From contig NIVC01001031.1 of NCBI GenBank assembly GCA_002269645.1, positions 11,045 to 75,044 of the forward strand: 64,000 nucleotides of DNA. The letters run 5' to 3'. The translations under genes were made by a program, and so were the position numbers. The DNA is from Macrostomum lignano (taxonomy: Eukaryota). This document shows positions 13,201-28,200 of this stretch, piece by piece. The notes below the pieces were generated by a model. It saw only the letters and a list, made by a program, of their open reading frames with translations, was not told where the DNA came from and did no database searches. The number at the start of each line of letters is the position of its first letter. Positions within the stretch are counted from its first letter, which is position 1.

Positions 13201-16200
13201 TCACTTGAGTTTTTTTTAGTTTTTGCACCACCACTTCCTCCTACTCAGCTTCATGTCCGTGGTCGTTGGGCGCTTAATCCTCCCGGACGGCTCCTCGGTG
13301 ATGGCGTGCAGAGTCTGGGACGAGCAGAACGCGCTTGTCGGCAACACGCTGTCCCGGTCAGACGGCACCTTTCTATTGGTGGTCGTCGGCGGAAAGGCTG
13401 TTAAGCTGAGTTTTGCTCGAGTTTTCAATCGCGATCAAAACTTCAACTTGGCCATACCAATTTTTGTGCCGACAAATACGTTTCTACACTTGGGCACGGT
13501 AGTAATGAGTTCGAATCCTGGCTATAATCCCGACGAGTTGCCCCTAGGCGGACAGATGTACGCGCCAACCGCGGGTGTGCAGAGCTGTCCTAGGGGGGGC
13601 CACGACTACTATCGGCTCAGACCGCGCGTCCACGTCAGCTATCACGTCGACGAGCTTCCATCGGCTTGGTCGACTGTTTCTAGCAGCGCCGAGCCTCTCT
13701 CGAGCGTCTACTTGGAGAAACAGTCGCTCAGACTGCAAGTACCGGTACCCGATGCTCCGTTCAATCTAGTGTACGTGTCCACCAGATCGATCGGCTACCA
13801 CACTGTGTTGGATATTGAGCTTACTGGGGACAGCATACCGGATAACCTAGCCGAGGTACTGTGCCACGTCAGCATCGGTGGCAGCATGTTCCGACGTCGT
13901 TTTGAGGCCAACACAAATTTGACGTACACTTTTCAATGGGACAGGATGGACATGTTCGGCAGGCCCTACACAGGACTGGTCGAGGCCAGAGGTGAGGACA
14001 CGTATTTTAATGCCTGATAACACTCACGAATTTGTTTTTAGATAGACCTTGAAATCTGCAACGCTTAATTACATTTTTTACATCATTGTAAAAAAGAAGA
14101 ACGCCTCTCTTTGACGTTGAAGTTGTTTCGTCACCCTTTTTTAAGGCAGCGACTGTGAGCGAGTGGAAAGTTAACCTTAGTTGACGACTTGAGCTGTTCT
14201 CCACCGTACAAAATGTACATTTCACCCGGTCTGATCCCTAAGCCCTTATCCTTAGCAATAAATAGCCCTGATCCTACTGTAGCTGACTTTGAAAAGATAC
14301 TATCCACGGTGCTGAACTAATGACACTGAACTCATACTTCACTCAAAATAGTCTCCGTGGGCTACAAGTACGCCAACTGTCCGGACATCGTGTGGGATTT
14401 CACCTCGGCCCTGATGTCGGGCATCGAACTGGTGCCGTCCAGGCTTGGTCAGTGGAGTCTCAACATTGTGCACGCCTACGATTTTGTCAAGGGTAAGTCT
14501 AGTCTTTTAATAAACTCTCTGTATAAGGCACACAATTTGCGGCCTAATATTTCCTAATTAATCACGAACTTGAGCTCTCTAGTTTGACAAAAAAACCAGT
14601 ACTTGACGAAGCCACGACTACTAAGTTGGGCGTGACGGAGAGGACTCAAATTCAATCGAAATTGAGGTCTCTTATTTTCTATCAATTTTTTTTCGACCTG
14701 GAGATCCAATTCCGAATTTCGATTTCCCTCTCCCTCTTTCTTTTCTCATCTCCAATCCTACTTGAGACTTTTTTGCGGCTAAAGAGACACAAGAGACGAA
14801 AATGAGATTGAAAATGAAGAGCCTCTTGTCGCGTCACCTGCCTGACCAGCCATGCCGCGCGGTGTGACCTTAAAGGTTAAGAGGCTGCTTGCCAAAGCGA
14901 ATCATCCAGAAGCTGTCTTGGCTCATGAGTGAGTTAGCTAGTTGCAAGGTGACGAAGGGTGAGGCAAAGCCAGGCAGGTAAGGGGGTTGAAGGCACACCA
15001 ACATTCTCCCTAATCCCCTGAATTCTGTTTTCATACCCCACCCCTTGGCTTGGCGCGTGTCTCAGAGGATTTTTCTCCCACAGCTCTCTGATCGTCGTGT
15101 CACGCATCGCCTGTTCAGTTCAGGCAGCAGTTGAAAGTGGGAGGTGCATGGAAACACCGAAAGCGCGAGCTCAAAGAGCGAGTCGAGTGTTGAGACCGAT
15201 CTCAACAGAGACTACTGAGCCGCTGAATTAGAAATATGAAGTAGGAATTCTGGAGCAAAAAAATTATACATGTAGTTCCACTGTGCTGTGTCAAGCAGTC
15301 ATAAGAGGATACTTACCAATGCTAAAGCGAGTTGCAATTTCTCAAGTGTTGAGAACTCCCTAAAAGTATCCACTTTGCCCCGGCTGTTGCTCCAGATTCT
15401 GGTCGCCAAAAGCTGGCACAGAAAATGCCAATGAGTTGAATAAACGGCACGGGAGGACACAATTGTACCCATCGAGCTGCTATTCAAGCTCTGAGCAGGA
15501 TTATTTACTAAACAGTCAACTCCACCCTGTTTTCAAGGTGTAATCCATCGGGGTGACGGTGGCACCGAGTACCTGAGCCAGCGACCATGGACAATCAGCA
15601 CAGAAGCCGGCAACGGGGCCAAGCGTCCGCCAAACTGCGGCGCCGAATGCCGGCTGTCAGCTTCTTTGACATCGTCGTCCGATGGTGTCGAGTTGACCGC
15701 GGCCAGGCTGCTGTCGCCAGTGGCTCTCGCGGTGACAAACGCGGGGCATTTGGTCATTGGTGACGGCCGGTTCATCCGCGTGGCCGACTGGCCCGCAAAC
15801 GCCGTCCCAGGCGAGCGGAGGTCCCGGCTTCGAACTCTGTACGAGCAGCCAATAGAATTGGACGCTACCGTCTACCACCTGGCCAACGACATTACTCAAC
15901 GATCGGGTAGAGCCGCAGTGTTCATCAGCGACCCGTTCCGTCGCCAGATCTACCAGCTGCGATTCGGAGAACGAGACAGCGTCGAGCACCAGCTGATTGC
16001 CGGCAGCGGCGATGCCTGCCACGGTGATACGATGCTGTCCTGCGGCGACGGAGGCCCGGCGCGTGCTGCAAAGCTAATCGAGCCGAAAGGCTTGGCCATA
16101 GACAGGCGCGGAGTGCTCTACTTCGCCGACGGGCCAAACATCAGGCGCCTAGTGCCCAATGGGGATTCGAGCATCGACGATCGAGCCACGGTTGAGACGG

Positions 16201-19200
16201 TGGTTGGTCAAGGCAACTCTGTAATCGACTATTCCCCGTGGCCGTGCTACCGGATGGTCACAGCCCGAGCAATCAAACTGCGATGGCCGTCAGCCTTGAC
16301 CTACAATCCGGTGGACGACAGTGTGTACTTTCTTGACGACCAGAGCGTGCTAAGACTAACACCGGACGGTTTTGTTCACGTAGTTGCTGGACGACCGCCG
16401 CACTGCCCTCCACCGCCTGATTCAACCGTTCGCCCGATAGCCGCTTTTGAAGAGAAGCTCCTGGAACCTAGCAGCATTGCGTTTAGCCATCGAGGCGAGC
16501 TGTACATCACAGAGACGATGGTGGCGGGATCGACGCCGCGGGTTCGGGTCATGCGATCTGACGGTCGCTTGCACCTGTTCGCCGGCCAGGAGGCCAGCCC
16601 CGAGGAGCCCTTGGCTGGCGATGTTCTGCTTGGCCCAGCGTCGCGAGCTCGATTCCGATCGCTCGGAGCTCTAGCGATTAGCCCGTTTGGCGAAGTGTTC
16701 CTAGCCGATCGAGAGGCGGCGCGAGTCCACAGAGTGCATCAGCAACTGCCCCTGCTCAGCGAGTCGCGCACCTATCAGGTGGGTACTCTATAGTCTAACT
16801 ATTGGTTGAAATAGATACAATTGTAAGACATCTCTATAGTAGAAAGTTGTGTTTTCGAATCGTACAATAATACATTTTTGTAATCCATCTTGTACTTCAT
16901 AAAACGAATATGCATATAGGCCACCCAGTATACTATTGGAGACTTGGCTATAGATATTCCGATCTCAGACCTGTCCCGCGCTGTCTCTCTGAGCACGATA
17001 AATCTAAATGAAGTTATTATGTACGAGCGTATCTCGGTCTTGTTCTTTATTCCAGGTGATGTCGGCCGATGCGACAGAGTTGTTCACCTTCAACTCAGAC
17101 GGCAAACATGTCCTAACCGAAGATACCGCAACCGGGGTGGTGAAGTTCAACTTCTCGCACTCAAGCTTCGACAACAACCTCGGCGCTGCGGTGCTAGCAA
17201 TTCACGTTGGCAGCAGAAAGTTCGATTTTAATCATTCGCGCTCGGCCTGCGAGATTATCAACCCCAACGGGCGTCGACTTCAGCTGACTTACGACGAGAA
17301 TTTTGGCTACGTGAAGACAATCAAAGATCTCCAGGGTAGGCTCAACCTCTCGGCGACGTACGATCGGTTCTACACTCGATTTGGTGACTCGGTCGAAGCC
17401 AAATCGCGCGGTTACCTCATCGGCCTGGCAACTGGTGATGGTCGCGTCTGGCAGTTTGAGTACAACCAATTGGACTCAAGTACTGCGCCATCCGGTGACG
17501 GAAGCACCGAAGCTCTGGGCCACCTGACGGCTATGACTAGTCCGGATGGTCGAAGACGCGTGCTACGACGTCGGATATTACGGGAGAAAGGTGTGCGCAC
17601 AGATTGCATTGTCCATAGTGGTGGTGACAGCCTCGTACAATCGGGTGTGCCTGTTGCATCAGCCTCAGTCAGCGGGATGCATGACTCCAATACGGGCAAG
17701 TTTCGCTCAGTTTAACAGTTCCCGAACTCGGGACCAAGTCGGCTTGTCGTCGCTGTCGTCGTCGTAGTTGTCGTCGTCTCTTTATCTTTAGTATCGATGT
17801 TTTTGCAACTTCTCTTTGGCTTCTGGGTGTTGTTTCTGATTGTTTAATGCATGCGACACATTACTACTATTATCTGCAATTCTGAATTCTTACAATTTCT
17901 TCTTAGTAGCAGCAAAAGCATTACTAAGATAACTTATACGTTTCATAGTATTTTAGACGAGCTTCCTGTTACGTAATAGGACTAGAAGAACCGAAAAGAG
18001 GCTAGTAGCTAAAGCAAATCGAAAGGTGATTTATCAAGACTGCGGTCGAGCACAGGTCGAGCTGCTCATTTCCTTCTTTATCGGTGGCATAGAGCTGCCA
18101 ATAAAGCATGCATCAAGCATCATCAATATTGCACGGTCATTCTCCACTTCCTTTCTGTCTGCTTCCTCAAATGCGTGCATTTTGGCACTCATTTCTGTAG
18201 CAGAAAGCGCTTGACTTTGTAAATTATTCAACAAAGAATCTGCTTCAATACTAAGTTAGCGATTGCTTCTACATGTACAAGGTGTAAACTTGTTGGAAGC
18301 CGTGTACCCAACGTGATCCAATCAATCATCCAAGTCTACCTATAGAGGTGTAGAATTAGCCAAATGATATACTTCCCTTCTTTGCACAGAGTTCATGCTG
18401 CATTTGTTTCCGTCTCTCTCTCTCTCTCTCTCTCTCTTTTATTACTGCAGTGGAAATGGCTTTGCCTACGTGTCTATCAGCCTGTGATGCTGCAGGATGG
18501 AAGCCCAGTGGGGTATCTGAGGCCATGAGAGAGAGGGACTGAATTCTAAGCGATGGAATTGACACAATTCTAAGAGGCGTGTTAAAACCCAGGTATTCCA
18601 AGATACGAGGTAGTGTTGGTACCGTAGTTACCTCTCGCTTCGCTTCTGCCTATCCCACTTTTCCAGTCCTCGCAACCCTGTCATTAACCGCGCACTCGCA
18701 CACTTAAGAAACTGTAGGACCCACCCAATACGCGCGACGCGCGAGGGACAAAACCTGGGAGAATTCTCCTACTAAGGCGTTTCCCCCAATTATACAAGCA
18801 CGCTTGTAGGAGGCGCAGCCATGCCCGCAGAGATTCCAAAAATCTTTGGGAATCTTCTTTCTTGTCTGTCAGGCACGCTTACACGCCGAGCCACATTCCA
18901 CTATATCGGTGTGTTTCAGCAACAGCCAGATGCAGTCCTACAATCTGTGGTTGGATGCTACTTTTCCTACTAAAAGTCCCGCTAGTATAATAATGCCCAG
19001 CAGCTACTTGCATTACTGGGTGGAGTTCATATCATGTTTCTCTGTGGTTGCCAAAAATAGACATCTTAGTCAAGGGAGGGGGAGCAACAGGATGTCAGAG
19101 CTGATGCCTAGAGCTGAAAATCGATTCATTTTCGGTGGGTGAAGCATGAAAGTTCTGCAGGAAAAAAACCACACACACACAAACACACACACACACACAC

Positions 19201-22200
19201 ACAGCAGTTCATCGAACTCAAACGCGCTAACCCATACCTGCCTATCTAGCTGCTTCTGCGAGAAAGCAACTATGTATTATTTAGGTTTTTCCACAGGTTT
19301 AAGGCGAAGTACGAGGGTAGAACCCGGTAATTATGAGTGTTGGCACATCCTGCTTTTGGCTTATTTAGCGCGGTTCTCTCTACTCTATACTTAAAGCGCG
19401 CCGAGCGAGCAGGATGTGCTGAAATGCAGCTTCAGTGTTTCTTTTTGCGTGTGACATTCTTTATGAAACTTTAATATTGATGCCCAAATGAGGCAGAAAA
19501 CTTAGTGATAAAGGTTTGCTGCAAATGGGTTTGCTTGGTACTTTTGGCAAAAAACTGATTAAACTATTGAAGCTTTTAATTAGGTTGTATCTATATTCAA
19601 ATTTTAATTTCATTAGTACTTGTGTCTAGTTGACTTCAATGATAAAAATCAGGTTGTGACTCCCCTGACACAGATTCCAACGCTACTGACACGGGTTGTG
19701 ACTCCCCTGACACAGATTCCAACGCTACTGACACGGGTTGTGACACCCCTGACACAGATTCCAACGCTACTGACACGGGTTGTGACACCCCTGACACAGA
19801 TTCCAACGCTACTGACACGGGTTGTGACACCCCTGACACAGATTCCAACGCTACTGACACGGGTTGTGACACCCCTGACACAGATTCCAACGTTACTGAC
19901 ACGGGTTGTGACGCGGTTGTGACGATTCCAAAGCCACTGAAGCAGACAGACAGCAGTGACCGAAGTTTATCAGCCTACAAAGAAACAGTTTGACATTGCA
20001 TGGATGTGTCATTGCAAAATTTTCTCTAATCCCATAAAAATGATAAATAACTTAGAAAATTGTTAAAAAGCCCTAACACTAGCTACAATTACTGATGCGA
20101 TAAGAAGCTCCGACTTTGAAGCTAAGGACACCCAATCGTGATTGGACAAGCAGCAGCAAAAGCATCGACCAGGGAGCAGAGGGGATTAAGAAAAGAGGAA
20201 ATTACAATCTCTCGATTCCGCAATCGCAGTGCTCACTTGCCTCCCTCCCACCCTCTATTTGGCCGCGGCAAGAAAGTCAGTTCACTTGAGTGACCAGTGA
20301 GTCACACACACGCACTAGCTCACTAACTGTATTGGCAGGCAGTTGCCAAGGCCTATAGTTCGGGTCAGTGCAGAACGGGATTGCGATTCCCTGCGGGTAG
20401 GGGCGGTACAATCCTATATGGTCACCAATGAGGAGCTTGATGATTCTGTCTCGCGGTCTCAAGGCATCTAATCTCGGGCCAAGCAACGAGCCCCCCCCCC
20501 CCAGGAGGCGTCACAAGCTTGCAGTTTCGGGGCACCGACAACTGTGCGGTACTTTTACCGCCTGTCATTCGATTTCATCTTACTCTCCGCGTAATCCCAA
20601 ACTCGCTTGGGAATTCAGTTGACCTCAGGGCAGCGATTGCATTTGAAAGTCGTTGCATTATGCGTAGTAGACTAGCACATTGCGTTTAGAATTCCTCGTA
20701 TAGTATTGAGAGCTCGTGCTCGAGCATTATCGGGTGTTTTACACTACGGACAGTTCGTCTTCGTGTAACATTGGGTGTTTTACACTATGGACATCTCGTC
20801 TTCGTGTAACATCTGGTGTTTTACACTACGGACAGCTCGTCTTCGTGTAACATTGGGTGTTTTACACTACGGACAGCTCGTCTTCGTGTAACATTGGGTG
20901 TTTTACACTACGGACAGCTCGTCTTCGTGTAACATTGGGTGTTTTACACTACGGACAGCTCGTCTTCGTTGTAAAACATTGCGTCGTAAAACATTGGGCG
21001 TTTTACACTACGGACAGCTTTTCGTCGTGTAACATCGGGTGTTTTACACTACGGACAGCTCGTATTTGTGTAACATTGGGTGTTTTACACTACGGACAGT
21101 TCGTCTTCGTGTAACATTGGGTGTTTTACACTGTGACATCTCGTCTTCGTGTAACATCGGGTGTTTTACACTACGGACATCTCGTCTTCGTGTAACATTG
21201 GGTGTTTTACACTATGGACATCTCGTCTTCGTGTAACATTGGGTGTTTTACACTACGGACAGCTCGTCTTCGTGTAACATTGGGTGTTTTACACTATGGA
21301 CATCTCGTCTTCGTGTAACATTGGGTGTTTTACACTATGGACATCTCGTCTTCGTGTAACATCGGGTGTTTTACACTACGGACAGCTCGTCTTCGTGTAA
21401 CATTGGGTGTTTTACACTACGGACAGCTCGTCTTCGTGTAACATTGGGTGTTTTACACTACGGACAGCTCGTCTTCGTGTAACATTGGGTGTTTTACACT
21501 ATGGACATCTCGTCTTCGTGTAACATTGGGTGTTTTACACTACGGACAGCTCGTCTTCGTGTAACATTGGGTGTTTTACACTACGGACAGCTCGTCTTCG
21601 TTGTAAAACATTGCGTCGTAAAACATTGGGCGTTTTACACTACGGACAGCTTTTCGTCGTGTAACATCGGGTGTTTTACACTACGGACAGCTCGTATTTG
21701 TGTAACATTGGGTGTTTTACACTACGGACAGTTCGTCTTCGTGTAACATTGGGTGTTTTACACTGTGACATCTCGTCTTCGTGTAACATCGGGTGTTTTA
21801 CACTACGGACATCTCGTCTTCGTGTAACATTGGGTGTTTTACACTATGGACATCTCGTCTTCGTGTAACATTGGGTGTTTTACACTACGGACAGCTCGTC
21901 TTCGTGTAACATTGGGTGTTTTACACTATGGACATCTCGTCTTCGTGTAACATTGGGTGTTTTACACTACGGACAGCTCGTCTTCGTGTAACATTGGGTG
22001 TTTTACACTACGGACAGCTCGTCTTCGTGTAACATTGGGTGTTTTACACTACGGACAGCTCGTCTTCGTGTAACATTGGGTGTTTTACACTATGGACATC
22101 TCGTCTTCGTGTAACATTGGGTGTTTTACACTACGGACAGCTCGTCTTCGTGTAACATTGGGTGTTTTACACTACGGACAGCTCGTCTTCGTGTAACATT

Positions 22201-25200
22201 GGGTGTTTTACACTACGGACAGCTCGTCTTCGTGTAACATTGGGTGTTTTACACTACGGACAGCTCGTCTTCGTGTAACATTGGGTGTTTTACACTATGG
22301 ACATCTCGTCTTCGTGTAACATCGGGTGTTTTACACTACGGACAGCTCGTCTTCGTGTAACATTGGGTGTTTTACACTACGGACAGCTCGTCTTCGTGTA
22401 ACATTGGGTGTTTTACACTATGGACAGCTCGTCTTCGTTGTAAAACATTGCGTCGTAAAACATTGGGTGTTTTACACTACGGACAGCTTTTCGTCGTGTA
22501 ACATCGGGTGTTTTACACTACGGACAGCTCGTCCTCGTGTAACATTGGGCGTTTATATAATTAAAACCTTCACGTAAGATAAGATCTCTCCCATCTTTGA
22601 CAGTTCATTCTACGAGTAGACAACTACTAGCGTACGTAGGAGCTTAGCTAAAGTACGAAGCTGTAAGCTTTGATGATGCCTGCCGCAATTTATTTCGATT
22701 CTTTTATAGGCATCTGAATGCATCTCCCGTTTGCTATTGTTTCCTGCCGTCCAAATAAAAGATCGAAATGTCATTCAGATGGCAATCGGGAACCGGTGCA
22801 AATCTGTCCAAGCTTTTTCGGTGCCAGAGAATCCAGTTTCACCCCGATTCAATGTCGGGGACGTTAAATCTCTATAGCTGCTGCTTCTAATCTTGATGGC
22901 CGAAATAGTTGCATTCTTGCCAAGCAAAAAGAGTCTTTTTTGTGCATCGGTACTGAAGTACTATATTCTTCATACACCCTCTGAAGGAAAACTAAATAAA
23001 AAAGCTGCGCACGCTTTTGGCTGCGTATAAAATGTCATGCGACTATATAGCTGTAGTGTTTATATTTTGTTCCGCATTTATCAATGTTGTCAATCGTATG
23101 TTGATTTTAAACAGTTGAGCAGTCTTAATAAAGGTGTTTCAGGTTGACTTAAAGGGGTTGCTTAGAAGGATAAGAAAAAATTGTCATTTTGACTCAGAAG
23201 TTTGACCAGGTATTTTGTAGTCGGTTTTGCAGCCGGAAACCGACCTCCAGAGAAGTTAGCCTCAGTTGCAGGTGTCCGTCACCCTCGTCGCTCCTTTAGT
23301 TGCCTGTGGGTGTAGAGAGTTGAGTAAAGCTGAAATATTGTAACCGCAATGCCTTTTAATCGCAATACATCGCACTCTACCCAAAATCAGGTGGCACATC
23401 AATCAGCTTCGACTTGTCTGACCTCGGTCGGGTTGCCAGTTTAGTTTCAACGCCGAATCGAGGCCAGATAACCACTCGGGTACAGTGGTTTCCTCGACTG
23501 GGTTACAGCCTTCAGCTATCGACTAGGCGATTAGTCAGCGTCTCATTAAATGGCTCGGGACCAGTTATGGCCTGGCACAATGCCAGCTGGAGTCGGATGG
23601 CGCTTCCAGCTCAATATCGATCGGTTATCGATGCCAATGTGGCCCTGATGGGGCACCATCCCGGCTTGACGACCCGGGGCGACCTCGAGGTTGTCCAGCA
23701 CGGCAGCAGCTCGCCCATGCCGGGACTTCATCAGAAAGTTTTCAAGGTAGGTTGAACTTTGAACTTTTCTCATATTAATTTTTGTCTACAAAATCCTTTA
23801 AGCCAGGATTGGTCAGTCAAGCATTAAATATTTTTATTATTACGTCGCATCCTGTTTTCTTTACTTCACTTCATCGTGTCCAGAGAACCGGAAGGCAGCG
23901 CACAAAGGTCCAGAGAATTCTCTGGGACTCTGTCTGCCCGGCTGTCCGCGCTGTCACAATAATGAAAGATTCTCGTCAACTTAGGCCCATCGGCCTCCTC
24001 GCTTTTCCGTTTCTCACCCCGCCAGCCGCCGAGGGAGTGTCGGTCCGCTCAAAGCAAGGCAAATCTTCGTCTCTCGCTAGCCCCTATAAATTGTCTCGTT
24101 CTCAGCTTTGCAGCGTCTCTGATACGAGCAGAACAAGATAAACCCCTATTGAAATTGCGACGACTCGACAAGGACTCAACATTGGGCTGCGTCGTCCCTC
24201 GTCCTCCAGTTTCCGCATTGATCAATGAGCTCTATCCCCCTGCCCCATTCTCGTTGTAATCCGTCGGATTAGGCCTAGAGGGGATTTTAAAATGCATACG
24301 ACTGTTAAGCTTGGAAGGATTTTCCTTCCAATATCCCTAACTCAACCACGAGCCCTTGTCAGAGAGCCCCGGTCCAGTCAAACGAACTGATCCGAAAGTG
24401 AAGCGGCTTGTTTGCCATTCCATTTCCGACTGGGAAATCCCGCGCGACACTCATCACCGCTGAGTAAAAGGCTTACCGCAGTGATGTAGTAGTAGTACTT
24501 ACTGCTAGGCAAATAAAGTCCTGTTTGACAAGAGATTTCACCTCGAATAACCTAATATCTCTTCGCTCTTAACTATCCACCCAGGTCTATCGCTAGGATT
24601 TAACGATTTTTTTTTAAACGAGCTTACTTTTCGTTCATTTTCTAGGAATTAAGCTCGAAGTTTCTCTGGCTTAGGGTGTTTTTGCCATCTTTGGCTTGCT
24701 TGCTTGCTTTAAAAAGCAAAAACGCTCCCGTACATGCGAGCATAACTGCACTCGTCAGTTCTGTCTCTTGCCTCGCTAGTGCGCATTTGAAAGCGGAGAT
24801 GTATAGTCCGTGCACGCGCCCCATCAGCAGCCCCTTGAAAATACGAGCGTAATATTTTCCATGACGATGATTACACTTAAGCTTCGCAATTACGTTGTTA
24901 AGACAGGAGAATACTTTTGTACTTAATATGGTAATTCCCTCCGCCAACGAATAAACATGATAGACAAGAATAAGATAATCATGCGCAGTAATTCCAGCTA
25001 AACCCAACACTTCAACAATCAGTGCAGCCATGGGCATTTCTGTCAAAATTTCTTTCCATCTCGCCCCAATCAATGGCAGATTAACAACCAGCCAATTCTG
25101 CTGATCAGCTACCGGGTCTCGGATCGGACAGAGTCATATCACATTATCAATCGGAGATCGGCTGCCGCCCTTTCGATTTGCTGTTCAGCATTGCCTACAG

Positions 25201-28200
25201 CTCGACTGGCCTGCCTCTGACCGTGACTCCGAATCCGTTAGTTTGTCTCTATCGGTCTGTGAGATTCGACTACAGCAGGTGAGATAATGGAGTCTCGCGT
25301 TGAGAGGATGAGGATAAGGGATGGAGAAAAATATCGAAGGAAAGAGATTCAATAAAAATAGAGAAGTAGGCAAGGATGGAGTGGATGGAGAATGAGGAGA
25401 CTCGAGAAACCTCAAAAGAGGAGTTGAGGGAAAGTGGTGAGGAGGGAGAGAGGAGAACAGAGGGGGTGGGAGGAGAGGGAGAAAGGGGAAGAGCGGAAGA
25501 GAAGCGAAGAGAGGGGGAGAAGTGAAGATAGGGAAAGAGAAGGGGAGAGAGGGAAAGGGGAAAATAGAGGGAGGGGAGAGAGAGAGTGATAGTGAGGAAG
25601 AGATTCAGAAGTAACGGAATGACATAAAAATTTTTTGAGAGGCTGGAAATGAAGAAAACGCATTGTCAATAAGTACTGTAAAAATTCATAGATTAAATAA
25701 TAATATAGAATGATAAAAATGTGTTTTAAATAAAATATGGGAGGCTGAGGGAAATCAAATAATATTTTAACGTTTTATTTTCATTACTACGTTTTAAATA
25801 TAAAAAACTAAAACTATCACTCACTCTATCTATCAACCCCTCATTCAGCGACGGACAGCAACTGTCCGAGCTTGCTTGGTCCGACCGGCCTCGGACAGCG
25901 TCGGAGCAAACCGGACAGCGCGAGGCTCGACTTCTGTGGCGATTCGACCAGTCGTCGTTGAGATCGAAAGCTTCATCGGGACGTCAGTTGGTGTTGGCGG
26001 CGCAGCAGCGCTACCCCAGGTCCGATGGCGGCGCCTCGGATGCTGAGGCTGGCGAAGACGTTGCCGAGTATCGATTCGGCTATGCGGCTTCCGGCGGAAG
26101 TGGCAACTGCACAGGGTCCAGCGCGGTGAGTTGTCTGCTCATATTGTTGGCTATAGATCATTGAACCAGTACGATCGATAGACTAGATCTACTAGATGTA
26201 AAACGCAAATGTTCGATTGGATCTTACTCTACAAGGCTTGAAACTCTTTCACACCGCCGTCAAATGAGCCTTTAAAGAACCAAAAAGATGACTAGTTTCT
26301 TCATAGTAGACTCGCGATATGAAAATAATAATATTTAGTTTATACACCTGCCCTAATGGCCAGATGTGCAAGCGACAGCTCAGCCGCAGCTATTGCGCGG
26401 TGCATCTGAAGGCTGCGTACGGCTGTTCAGTCCAAGGACTGGGGGGTCGCCACACGCACCCTCAATTACCCCAGCTAATGCTGGTACCCATTTTACAGCT
26501 GGGTGAACTGAAGCAATGCAGAGTTAAGTCTCGTGCTCAAGGACACGAATTGTCTCAGTGAGAACAGGAATCGAAACCCCGACCTTCAAGTCGTGAGTCT
26601 GACGCTCTGACCACTAGGCTACAACCCCCTATAGACCCGCATATATTAGCGAAAATATCCCCACGAAATTCTAAACAGGATTTTATTCCTAACCCATATT
26701 TCTTTGCCGCGTGGCACCCCAATTCAGTTCTCTTGGTAAGGAACCGCTTCTCCGTTTTTCCCATCGACTGTGCTTTGAGTTGATTGGGTTTTGAAACCAA
26801 ATACGAATGTCAATAGTAGAAGGAAGACTTAGAAATGCTCGACTGGAGGACATAAGAGTGAGAAAATTCCCCTTGGGCTGGAAGGTTGGAATGAAATCGC
26901 AGGTGTTTGCCTTGGTCATCCAGCTCATTTAATTCGTCTCTCTCTTCTCTACGGTTTTTCTAACCGCACAGAAAAGTAAAAAACATTCCGGAGTGTTGGG
27001 ATTGATGCGTGGAGGGAATTTAATTGCTCAGGGCCATATAGGAAGGAACTTTCATTTCTTGGCCTTGCTCACAGCCATTTATAGCTGGTCGCCACTGCCA
27101 GGCCAGTGGGGCGGAGGCCGGTGAAAATGAAGTTTGTGGGCGAAAATCACTTCTGGATGAGGAGAGGGCGAGAGAGCAGCCGGACTGAAGGACTTTGCCA
27201 GAAATTAATTTCCTTCCAGCACGCCAGACTCCTGTCGCCAAGCGGGTTATTCCGCTTCCCTCTTCTCTTCTTCATTATATAATTTTGAGCAGTGCATCAA
27301 GACGTCAATCATACGTCAAGGCAAGATGCAGTTTGAGTAGTTGCTGTATAGAGTTCAATAGACCGACTGGCATTCTTCAAATTCAAACAAAACTTAATGC
27401 TCCTCTTTGATTGTCCTCAATTACAGCCGAGCACGATCGACAATCCGCTTGGAGGTCGATTTCACTTTGCATGCGACTCCAGCGGAGGCTTGATGTCGCT
27501 CGGCACACCAGACGGCCGGCTGCATCGATTCCTAGCGAATTGGGGCCTGGCCACTAACCGTATTCTGTATTGGCCCTGCAAAGACTGCGTTAATCCGTTT
27601 GTATTCCACTACGAATCTGGGGATTACCTGCAGTCGTTGCACTATCCCAGCCAGCTGCGTCGTTTGAGTTTTGCGCTAACAGCTGATAGAAGAGTGCGCC
27701 GAGTCGTTTCTGACCAAGCCTACACCGAGATAGCTTACAGTAGCGACAACAGCCGACTGCCCAGCGCGTTACGTACGGTCTATTTTGACGAGACAAATAC
27801 AAATGTCAGTCAGAGATACGATTATACTGGCGGCTTGCTGAGAAAACAAGTGATAACGTTCGACTGCGCGGGTGACGATCAACTGGCCAAAGCAAGTTAC
27901 GTCTACCGCTACGATACCGAGCTGAGGATCGCGGGCATTGAGACTGTCATCACCAGTAGGGATGGACAGCCGGTGACCTCTCTAGCGAATGTCACACGCG
28001 ATCCGATTGGCGGCGGTGTCACTTTGTTGAACGACCTCAGCTTGGAGAGACGCGTCTCTCATCATGAACACTTGGTGAGACTGCGGGACTCTCACTGCAC
28101 TCGACGCTTTCAGTTTGACAGTCTGGCCAGGCTGACGGAGAGCACGCTGCACTGCGGATCGGACAGCCGGCGCGCTTTCGTACTCTCGGTGCACGGGCAC

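Noticed and set aside
18034-18260. Antisense coiled-coil-like ORF (EADSLLNNLQSQ...)
   Set aside because: Short, no recognisable family, no phase-linked partner exons
20733-22552. CRISPR-like 41-bp repeats with a hairpin
   Set aside because: No unique spacers, no cas genes, eukaryotic intron
26555-26629. Functional tRNA gene
   Set aside because: No acceptor-stem pairing or terminator; continues into a SINE body
27060-27260. Extra teneurin exon
   Set aside because: Exons 26125 and 27427 already join in phase and match homologs
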